DNA from: Octopus vulgaris | Lineage: Eukaryota | Direction: 5' to 3' | Assembly: GCA_951406725.2 (NCBI GenBank) | Contig: OX597838.1 | Span: 42,532,001 to 42,596,000, forward strand | DNA: 64,000 nucleotides | In this document: one piece after another, positions 39,054 to 51,759 of the stretch | Position numbering within the stretch: the stretch's first letter is position 1 | How the letters are laid out: every line of letters begins with the position of its first letter | Position numbers and translations under genes: made by a program | The notes under the pieces: model-generated | Seen by the model: only the letters and a program-made list of their open reading frames with translations | Told to the model about the DNA's origin: nothing | Database searches by the model: none

Positions 39054-40069
39054 CTGAAAATGAAACAAAAGATTTAGGGAGTTGGGAATTAAATAGAGAA
39101 TAGAAAGGGACAGGATTAAAGACTAAACCACAATGTTTAATGATTTATTAAGTCTACTATCAACAATACAATACAAAATGATACACACACACACACACAT
39201 AATATTATCATCATCACCATTTAACATCCACTTTCCATGTTTGCGTAGACCAGACAGAATTTGTTGAGGCAGATCTTCCTGTTGCCAACCCTCACCTGTT
39301 TTCAAGAAAGGTAATATTTCCCCATGACATTACATGTTTTTCATGGAAGATTGGAAACAACTGACCACCCGTGTGCTGATGACACTCACAGTCATCACAT
39401 GATGTCAAAACGAGGATATATTACACACGCAGAAGGACACGCATCCACTCACAGAACTTTGATAAGCCTAAGGTCAGACTAGAAGACACTTGCCAAAGAT
39501 GCTACACAGTGGGATTGAACTCCAGACCAAATTGTTGGGAAGCAAGCTTCTTAACCACACAGCCAGTTTGCCAATGGTGGTTGGCAGTCGAGGCTTGACG
39601 GGTTGGAAATCTAAAGTAAAACCTATGAAAGTCTGGGCATTTCCAAGAATGAGCAGAAGAAGAATTATGAAGAACAATGGAGAAGCTGCTGAGCAGGAAA
39701 GCATCTAGATGGTCCTGGCTGGAAAGGGGTGATTGGGGGGGGGGACAGACTTAGGTATTTGATCAGCATAGGGGTGGAGTTGTTTGGATGAGGGTGTCAT
39801 GTTGTAAGATCCAGGGAAACACCCAGCAACACTGATGACGTGTTCCAGCATTACTTTGGACTGCGGTAGGTTACCGTCTTGTTCAAGAACAAACTTATTT
39901 CTCACTGGTTGAAGGCTACAAACAACTTGAGATGATCCTTACAAGATTATTGTGATTGGGAGAAGAAGATTAGCTGAATCATCTCACCAAGAGGAAGCGT
40001 TAATACATAGAATGGTCGATGTGTCTAAAAGGTAAACAGGCCTGAAATGATGAATAAAGGGAACTGGAG

Positions 40070-40103
<34 letters not shown>

Positions 40104-42453
40104 GAAGTAATTTATTAGAAAGGGGAAAAAGTTATTACTTACCATTATCTCCATTAAAGAGGGTGGTGGGCCAGGGTAGAGAAGTCGTAGGATCTATAAT
40201 AACAATAATAATAATACTTTCTTACATTTTCCACAAAGGCAATAGATGAGGAGGGCAATTATAAAGACAAAGTGGTGGTGGTCGTGGTGGGCCTTGCACA
40301 GAAAACTGAATGATTAAAAAATGTGTGAAGGCATGAAATATAAGCATCCATGGTGTCCAAATAATAAATAATGATAATATAATCTTCCTGATACAGAGAG
40401 CCTCCATAATGTGCCAATCAAGGGGTCCCACAGATAACCCTAAACACCAAGGGTAAAATATCCCAAGTTATTCTCCAGCCTACTGAGAGCAGTATATTTA
40501 GGGGGGTTCTGTCCAGTCTTGCCATTTTCACCATTTCCACTCATCTTTAGAAGCAGTAAAACCAACCCTCCACAATAAGAATGGGTAAATACATATAAAA
40601 TGGTAAAACAGATATTTCATTTGACTTTATTTTAGTACAAATAATTTAATTAACTCTTTCACTCATTACTCAGCATTCATGACCACAAGTGAGGCACAAA
40701 AACTGAAGGATTTCTGGAGTAACATGACTGGACAGAGTGCATAGCATGGAGATCAGGAATTTTCTCTGGGTTGGGATGGAATGTCTCTACATTGAAAGAT
40801 CACAGCTCTGGTGCTATGAGCATGTGATTAGAATGTTACAGGTAAGAATTGGGAGATGGATTCTTTAAGCCAAACCAACTGGCAGGAGACTGAGGGATAG
40901 ATGAAGAACAAGACAGTATGATCATGTCCATAGCTTCAGCTGGCCATGTTTGAAAATCCAGTTGGAAAGTCTAGTGACAGTTGCTTCTGACTGGATTCTA
41001 TGGAGGAGGTGCTTTCCAGGAATAGTGGGCAGAAAAAAGATGAATATATGGATAATTACCAGGTATTTAATTTATTTGCCTTAGAGAGAACTGTAATGAA
41101 TTTATCCTGATAAAATGATTGTATTTGTGGCATACTAGCAACGTGAACTCGCAACCACAGATTAAATTTATTGCGTAATTTGATTGAATTCTTTGCACCT
41201 AATCAATAAACATGTCTATTCGGTGAGAGTCATGGTTGCTATTGCCCACAGCAACAGGAGAAGCAGCATTGGTGCAGCGGTGCTATCAGCAACAGTGACA
41301 TCAGAAGTATTGTGCAGTAACAACAGCCAACAGATCTCTTAACAGCAAACCCAATCAGTCAGGTCCCAATATCAACAACAGATATGAATTAGACAAAAAT
41401 CAAAAGAGAACCAAAGTCCTTTTACTGACAACAGTTATCACAACCGATAAAAGTTACGACATTGAACTCTATTACAGGACTTCCCAGCTGAGCTTTCATT
41501 GAAGTAGCAAAAATGAAAAATATCTATGTTCATTTATATGCATACATCACTACAGACTCACTTGCATTTCTTCATATCTATTGCATATTCATACATATAC
41601 GTTCTTTTATGTACATTTTCAGACTCATTTGCATGTATATGCACACACACACACACACACAACTGGTTGAACACCAAACCATCCAATTAAGACACGAAGA
41701 CTATTTTGTCGAATACCTGAAGGTGGGGTGCGGGGGATTAACATAGAAAACATCATAGATTCAACTATTTGTGTCCTAATATCTCTTCCACAAAAAGAAA
41801 AAAAAATGAACAAATATTCAAAACATTGGAATTTATTGTAATTGAAAGCTGCTGTGGATGTGTGAGCACACACACACACACAGACACACACACACACAGT
41901 CATAATCCCCACAACCACCATCATATTATTACTGATCTAATACAATGAAATATCACTTAATATGAAACCCAGTTTATGGTTGATGACAACTCCACCCATC
42001 CATAAACCATTTACACACAAACAATGTCAGCAGACAACATTTTTTGTCAAAATATTTGTAAAATAATGTATTTTCTCTCCTACTTGACACAGATAATCAA
42101 CTAAACAAACACACTGGTATTTGTACTACAGACAGTTATATAATGTAGTCAGTCTCTAGATACAAATACTGTACACATTTATATACTGTAGCCATAATAT
42201 ATACAATAATCAATGTAGCCATTCTACGAGGGGGTGGGGCTGAAAAGTTCCTGGCTTTTGGGTAAAAGAAAATATAGGAATATGAGTTAATTGTGATTTT
42301 ACCAAACATATTCCCCTCTCAGACTCAGGCACTTATTGCAATGGTCGTTCAGTTTTCTAAGCCCTGTTTGAGACAGTCATCAGTGTTGATGGCTGAACGG
42401 ACAAAGACAGTCATGCAAATAGAGAGAACAAGAGACAAGAGTTCAAAACTCAC

Positions 42454-42598
42454 CAGGTATTATAGTAACTTTTGCCTTACAGTAAAAATTGGTTTGGTTT
42501 TGGAACTGTTTATTGATTTCAAGAATGCCATAGTAATGCTGACCACCACGCAGATAAACAGGCTCACGATAGGAAGTTGTGTTACAGGTGAACTCCTT
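42454..42598 (-). CDS. Gene 2 exon, second half of CUB-like ectodomain
   Basis: Acceptor tctctctttttcag, donor G|gtgagt, phase 0-1; KEFTCNTTSYREPVYLRGGQHYYGILEINKQFQNQTNFYCKAKVTIIP. Confidence 0.88.
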
Positions 42599-43361
42599 CT
42601 GAAAAAGAGAGACAAAAACAAGAGGTGGATATTCTTAGAGTGTGGTTAATAAGTGTGAAGGCATAAGGTCATGGTTTCAATTGCTGGATCAGGTAGTGTA
42701 CTGTGTTCTTGAGCAAAACATTTTCATTTGACATTGCACCGTCCACTCAGCTGTAACCGAGTCACCCGGCAATGGACTGGCATCCTATCCAGGGGGAATG
42801 TTGTATTCTCACTTTTATTTCATAGAAGCTGAATAACTGGACCTACAAGTCCCAGGACTTGAGATACAAATATCCAGCATTGGGAGGATGTGTAATAAGG
42901 TGGGGTTGGCAACTGGCTTGGGAGACACCCACAAAATTATCCACCATCTTTCCAACAACGACTTTGGGCACCTTTTTGAGTTCCATATGTCAAACATTTG
43001 TGGAAATGCTAACACAACACAGCAGCCATGACTTTTGGAAACTCTTTCCATGCTCAGAATTGCTGAAACAGGCTAAATTCCCCACACCAGTCATTAGCTG
43101 TCGGGACAGGACGTCCTTTAAAGCTCGGCCCATTCACAATTCATTTCCCTTGCATTATTCTATTTATTGGTCATGCATTCTTGGTCACTTCTCCTGACGA
43201 GTTGTGGTGCACCTGAGCACTGAGCACCTGAGCACTGTATACAATAAGCTCCCCTCTCTCTCTCTTTCAGAGAGGCACTGAGCAGCTATACGCACACATA
43301 CACACACGGCAGTAACTTCCACCTACCGAATTCAATCACAAAGCTCCGGTCGGCTCGGGGC

Positions 43362-43397
<36 letters not shown>

Positions 43398-44178
43398 CAG
43401 TGGTGCATCAACATGGCTGCAGCTATGAGATGAAACTACACCAAAATAAATATATATATATAATCATTTAAGATAATATAACATGAAATGAGGTAATGTC
43501 AGCTGAAAACTATTCGATTTACAGCTGGATGCCCTCGTAGTGTTAACCCTTCACTCAGGCAAACCAAAGTCGTCATCATTGGCGTCATCATCCACTTTTC
43601 TATTTTCATATGGGTTGGACAGAATTTGTTGAGACAGATTTTTCTACAGCTGGGTGCTCTTCCTGTTGCCAACCCTCACTTGTTTCCAAGTAAAGTAACA
43701 TCTCATGAACAGACATGCTTTCATGGAAGATTGGAAATGAAGGCCACTGCTTGGTTGATGGAAACATCTATTGACAGCTATTACGTAATGTCAAGACAAG
43801 GAGAAAGTCACACACACACATATACATACATGCATATACATATGTATAAACACAGACACACACACATATATTTGTCCACACACACATATATACTCAACTC
43901 TGTGTCTATCAAGCTGTTTCCTCTCCCCCACATCACACACACACACAATGGACTTCTATAAGTTCCTGTCAACCACGTCCATTCACAAGGCTTTGGTTGG
44001 CCTGGGGTTATAGTAAAAGACACTTGCCCAAGGTGCCATGCAGTGGGACTGAACCTGGAACTATGCAGTTGAGAAGGAAACCTTTTACCATGCAGCCACA
44101 TCTGCACTTCATGTGCATCAGAAAACGCAAATCTTCAAACGGAATATTCTAAATCGAGAAAAGAGACGTTGGACGCAC

Positions 44179-44432
44179 CCGTAAATCCAGTTGGTTCATC
44201 TCTTGCAGTAAGTAAAGACGAGCAGTCACTTTGCACGTTCGGATCCTCAAAAAGTCCACAGTCAACCGCAGACGCTCATTGTGCCGGATTGCAAACGTCA
44301 TTGTGCATATGCGTGCACGTTTCGATTTGTTGCCGTTGGCTACGATGTCCTGCACATTATAAGGGTAGAGGTGTATGACTTTGGTAGGATTGTATTCAAG
44401 AAATGTGCACCTGTCCTTCTTGTACATATACA
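44179..44432 (-). CDS. Gene 2 exon, first half of CUB-like ectodomain
   Basis: Acceptor ctctttcgttccag, donor CGG|gtgcgt, phase 1-0; YMYKKDRC...ICTMTFAIRHNERLRLTVDFLRIRTCKVTARLY. Confidence 0.88.
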
Positions 44433-45432
44433 CTGGAACGAAAGAGAGAAAAGAAAAATGAAAATAACACGTGTGTGGGTGTGAATGTGTTTGGGTGTGG
44501 TGGATGTCAACACCCACTGACCTTTGTCAGATTGTCTGATGAAGGCTTGCAGGTGAAAACTTTAAAGTGACTGTCACACCTCTTCTTAAAGAAGGTTAAT
44601 TAACATCCACTCTACACAAAACAAAAAGGTATTGAGTGATTCTTCAGTTTAGACATAAATTGGTTTTATATATAACTTGACATAAAAACAAACATCAATA
44701 TATATATATATATATATATATACAAATATACAAATAATGAGCAAATTTATAATGCACTATGCAGGGTTTTGAGGTAGTTTTAAAATTAAAGGTTGAAACT
44801 GCACTGTTTCAATAAACATAGAATTTAACCTTGCTGTGAAAAGTAAGATGTACCGTTTTACCATTTAAACATTTTAGTAGCCATAAAATTTAGCTCTGCT
44901 CTGAAAAATGTTTTATCTCCTAATGGGCAAAAAGTAGAATCAGTGTGACTGGTTTCTAGTCTTGTTAGGTCTTCATCAGAGAAAGATTCCCCACCTTCTT
45001 GCCCAGTGCAAGATCATTAGAGTGTAGCTATTTATAGAACATAAAAACTTCAGCAGAGCCAACCTCGTCTGTCTGATTTGTACAACAGAGCAGACAGTGA
45101 CAACATGGATTAATTAATAGTGCCCCAGCATGGCCACAGCCTCATGGCTGAAACATATAAAAGAGTATTCAGTGTTTCTGAATGCCAGATTTGCCTTTTT
45201 AAATAAACATATACAGGTGCAGGGGTGGCCACGAAACCACTGGTTTCAAGGTCAGTCTCACTGCATTCCACCGTGGGCAAGTGCTTTCTACTATAACCCT
45301 AGGCCGACCAAGCCCTGTGAATGGAATTGGTAGACAGAAACTGGAAGAAGCTTGTCATATATGTAAGTTTATATGGCACTGCTTGTGTGACATGCAAAAC
45401 ACTCACGACAAAAAAACACATGCAGAAATATT

Positions 45433-45480
<48 letters not shown>

Positions 45481-46324
45481 AATATTTATGTGTGCCTTTG
45501 TCTTGAGTGTCATTGTCACACAAGCAGTGTGATTTATTTTTAAAATTCTGTGAAACTTTGTCTGGCCATAGGGAATAATCACCTTGTTTGGAAACAGGTG
45601 AGGATTGGTGACTGGAAGGGCTCTGGCCATAGAATATCTGCTTCAATAAACTCTGGGAGCATGGAAAAATGGATGTTAAAGTGGTGGTGGTGGTGGTGGT
45701 GGTAGAGCCTCACTGTGATAAGTAAATAAAATGGAAGTGTCAGGAAATTCTTGTCCAGACATTCCACTACATGACCATTTGGTGCATGAATGACACTTGG
45801 CCTGCAAATCCCAACTGCTTTACCTTCAAACCCAAATAAACACAAACCTCTCATCAGCTGTCAACCAAAAATCATCACAATTTCATATACACAAACCTAT
45901 CTATAATAATATGAATAGACTGTAGTTTTTGTTCAAATTATGCTACATATGTTTCAATAGCATGGCTGTTTATTTGTGTACTATGTATTACTTAGTATGA
46001 GATTACCTTAGATGAATTATATAACCAAACCATCTCTTCAGGCATTTTGAACATTTAACAGTTTATGCCAGAGTGCTACTGAATTAATCACAATGATTAT
46101 TGAGGTCCCCATTGATACATGAATATATTTATCTATCATATCTTTGTGTGTGTGTGTGTGTGCACATACACACAAGTTTACTTTATTTGTTATATGTTCT
46201 GTTGGAAAGTTTATTGAATTGAAAGCTGATCAAGTGGACAAAACAACAACAACAACAATATGAAGAACCGACTGATCAACAACAACAACAACAACAATAT
46301 AACAATGAATTATGAAGAACTTAC

Positions 46325-46427
46325 TTGTGTTATTTGACATCGTCATTGCATGTAGACTGCACACTGTTATGAAGAAGAAGAAGAAGTAAGGAAACCACCA
46401 GGCACCTTGAATTGAGTTAGTTAACAT
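46325..46427 (-). CDS. Gene 2 first coding exon (signal peptide)
   Basis: ATG at 46427 with in-frame TGA upstream; MLTNSIQGAWWFPYFFFFFITVCSLHAMTMSNNT; donor A|gtaagt phase 1; possible acceptor tttgttaattgcag before 46486. Confidence 0.8.
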
Positions 46428-47874
46428 CAGGCAAGTAAGACAGTTGGTCACTTCTCAATGGCAATTGACTCGCTGTGGTGTTGACGCTGCAATTAACAAA
46501 TGCTGTCAGTATTTTTATGGAATAAGAGACAGACACGCATGTCAGACACATTCCAGTTTTAGCAGCACATATTCAGGGTGGAAAGAAGCTTCTAGTGCAT
46601 TGAAGCTTGTAATGTAGCCCCAACTTAGCAAAAAGGGTCCAGGGTGATTTTTTGGAGATATTTTGGAGGGAAAAAAATGTGTCTTAGATGCAATGAAATA
46701 TGCTAATTATATATCAAAGTCCTCTTCTTCATCACCATCATTTTTTCATGCCTACTTTTCATCCTTACTTTTCACACCCACTATTCATGGTATGGGGGGG
46801 GGGAATCATCTTAGTCCAAGCCATTTCTTGTTGGAATCCCCTACTTCCATAAACTAGTGTTTTTTTATATGGTTTCTAGGGTTGGATGCCCTTCCTAACA
46901 CTTTACACAGAGTTCTGCATTTATTTATGTCACTAAGACTTGAGTACACAGTGACACAAGGGCTTGCAGACAATTCAAGATGCTCAACCGGTGCTTCACC
47001 ATTATTTAACTAGATTGACTGAATTCAAAAGCTTAATTTTTTTCAACATATTGTTAAACTCTAATGTTATTATTCCTTCAATGTAATATTAGGAAACAGT
47101 GGAAAAAATAACATGAGATAAACAGGACAACAGGCAATAACGGGACATAAGTGGCTAAAATAAATGGACAAAAGTCAAAGAGCTCACTGATTACTGAGAA
47201 TTCAAAATATCATTTTCAACCCCTTTTACTGTGGAAATCAAATATATTCACGCAAAATTCCATTACTCTTAACAGCAGAAAGTTTTATATAACAATCTAA
47301 CTTTTGTCGAGGAATATCATGATTCAAACTATTTTTCATAAAGTTATGTCAAGTTTATAAAGGTAACATGACTTACATAAAATACAAATTCTATTTTTGG
47401 AAAGATATTTAACATTGTTACTGGAATCACCACAACATATAATTTCACAGTCTGTTAGAAAGAACAAATTGTTCACCATGTAATTCTTCAATGTCTAATA
47501 TATCCCTGATGATATTTTTCTCACAACTTATAAATGCAAATTTATTACATAAATTTATAACTTTTTCAGTATAAATTGAAACAATTGTAGGAATGATTAT
47601 CAATATGTTAATAAATTAATTATCAACCATTAATGCTCCATTTTCTTCTCTTAATTGAATATAGATTATATGCATAATATATACCTATTCATTTTAGGGA
47701 AATTTTTTCCCAATAATATAAGGTATAAAACCAGTGTAATCTTGGATGTAATTACACCTTTGAGAGATTAATATATCCACACATTAACTTCAATGATTAG
47801 CATTTATATATTGCTTGATTTATAATCATATATATATATATATATATATATGATTATATATATATATATATATG

Positions 47875-47955
<81 letters not shown>

Positions 47956-47996
47956 GAATTACTGTGAAGCATTGAGTAGAATATATTGTATAAAGG

Positions 47997-48264
47997 ATCG
48001 TGGTTAAGGCCAAAACGATGCCAAGTAAATGCAAGGTAAATCACAAGAAAACAAAAATGTGAATTGATGAAGACTTATCTTGTATTCAATATTTCGGGTT
48101 ATGACTCCATTTTCAAGAAATTTATGATTGTTGATAATCGTCAATTTCTTGAAAATGGTGTTTTAACCCTGGAATATTGAATACAAGTCTACATTAATTC
48201 ACATATTTGTTTTCTTGTGATTTACCTTGCATTTATTTCACATTGTTTTGGCCTTATCCACAAT
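47997..48264. repeat. Imperfect 270-bp hairpin within a (TA)n-flanked island
   Basis: Arms about 130 bp with an essentially absent loop centred near 48132. Confidence 0.88.
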
Positions 48265-48353
48265 TCGCGAGAATGGAGAGAAACGCAGATGTCGACTTGG
48301 GATTTGCGGTTGCTTTAGGACAATTCATGAGGCATCCATTTTCCAAGTTTAGG

Positions 48354-48357
<4 letters not shown>

Positions 48358-48446
<89 letters not shown>

Positions 48447-48518
48447 ACATATATATATACATATATATATACACATACATATATATATATATATACATAT
48501 ATATATACATATATATAT

Positions 48519-48557
<39 letters not shown>

Positions 48558-49466
48558 CATATATATATATACATATATATATACATATATATATACACAT
48601 ACATACATATATATATATACATATATATATACACATACATATATATACACATATATATATATACACAAATATATATATACACAAATATATATACACATAC
48701 ATATATACATATATATACACATATATATACACATACATATATATATATATGCATATATATATACACATATATATATGCATATATATATACACATATATAT
48801 ATGCATATATATATACACATATATATATGCATATATATATACACATATATATGCATATATATATACACATATATATATATATGCATATATATATACACAT
48901 ATATATATATATACACATATATATATGCATATATATATATATATATACATATATATATACACATATATATATACACATACATATATACACATACATATAT
49001 ATATATATACACAAATATATATACACATATACATATATATATACACATATACATATATATATATACACATATATATATACATATATATATATATACACAT
49101 ACATATATACATATATATATATACACATACATATATACATATACACATATATATATACATATATATACATACACATACATATATACATATACACATATAT
49201 ATATATACACATATATACACATACATATATATATATACACATACATATATATATATACATATATATATATACACATACATATATATACATACATATATAC
49301 ACATACATATATACACATACATATATACACATACATATATATATATACATATATATATATACACACACATATATATACACATGCATATATACACATATAT
49401 ATATACACACATATATATACACATATATATACACACATGCATATATACATATACACATATATATAT

Positions 49467-49512
<46 letters not shown>

Positions 49513-49646
49513 CATCATCATCATCGTTTAAAGCGGACGTTAAACGATGATGATGATGATGATGATATACATATATACACATACATATATATATACATAT
49601 GTACACATATATATATACACATACATATATATACACATACATATAT

Positions 49647-49677
<31 letters not shown>

Positions 49678-49758
49678 CACATATATATATACACATACAT
49701 ATATATACACATACATATATACACACATACATATATATACATATATATATACACATAC

Positions 49759-49789
<31 letters not shown>

Positions 49790-50692
49790 CACATACATAT
49801 ATATATACACATATATATATATACACAAATATATATACACATACATATATACACACATATATATACACATACATATATATATATATGCATATATATATAC
49901 ACATATATATATGCATATATATATACACATATATATATGCATATATATATACACATATATATATGCATATATATATACACACATATATATATATGCATAT
50001 ATATATACACACATATATATATATGCATATATATATACATATATATATACACATATATATATACACATACATATATACACATACATATATATATATACAC
50101 AAATATATATACACATATACATATATATATACACATATACATATATATATATACACATATATATATACATATATATATATACACATACATATATACATAT
50201 ATATATATACACATACATATATACATATACACATATATATATACATATATATATATACACATACATATATACATATACACATATATATATATACATATAT
50301 ATATATATACACATATATACACATACATATATACATATACACATATATACACATACATATATACATATACACATATATATATATACACATATATACACAT
50401 ACATATATACATATACACATATATATATATACACATATATACACATACATATATATATATACACATACATATATATATATACATATATATATATACACAT
50501 ACATATATATACATACATATATACACATACATATATACACATACATATATACACATACATATATATATATACATATATATATATACACACACATATATAT
50601 ACACATGCATATATACACATATATATATACACACATATATATACACATATATATACACACATGCATATATACATATACACATATATATATAT

Positions 50693-50730
<38 letters not shown>

Positions 50731-50902
50731 TCATCGTTTAAAGCGGACGTTAAACGATGATGATGATGATGATGATACATATATAAACACACACATATAT
50801 ATATAGATATATACATACACATACAAATATATACACATACATATATATATATATATATACACATATATATATACACATACATATATACACACATACATAT
50901 AT

Positions 50903-50933
<31 letters not shown>

Positions 50934-51755
50934 CACATACATATATATATATATACACATACATATATACACATACATATATATATATATACATATATAT
51001 ACACATACATATATATATATACACATACATATATATACATATATACACATACATATATACATATATATACATATATACACATACATATATATACATATAT
51101 ACACATACATATATATACATATATACACATACATATATATACATATATACACACATATATATACATATATACACATACATATATATACATATATACACAT
51201 ACATATATATACATATATACACATACATACACACATATACATATATACACATACATACACACATATACATATATACACATACATACACACATATATATAT
51301 ACACACATACATACACACATATATATATACACACATACATACATACATATATATATACACACATACATACATACATATATATATACACACATACATACAT
51401 ACATATATATATACACACATACATACATATATATATACACACATACATACATATATATATACACACATACATACATACATACATATATATATACACACAT
51501 ACATACATACATACATATATATATACACACATACATACATACATACATATATATATACACACATACATACATACATATATATATACACACATACATACAT
51601 ACATATATATATACACACATACATACATACATATATATATACACACATACATACATACATATATATATACACACATACATACATACATATATATACACAC
51701 ATACATACATACATATATATATATATACACACACATATATATATATATATATATA
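48358..51755. repeat. 3.4-kb degenerate (TA)/(CA)/(CATA) satellite field
   Basis: Direct observation; contains a duplicated unit of about 1.2 kb and two RTE-tail palindromes. Confidence 0.95.
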
Positions 51756-51759
51756 TTAT

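Noticed and set aside
39903-40025. Possible additional minus-strand exon of gene 2
   Set aside because: No phase 1-1 open frame; 42454 splices in frame directly to 39053; neighbouring sequence looks like a LINE relic
44941-44985. Minus-strand CTGATGA...GAAACCAGTC, and + strand CTGATGAAGG...GAAAAC at about 44536
   Set aside because: Core-like words present but stems I/II do not pair convincingly; at most decayed Penelope hammerhead relics
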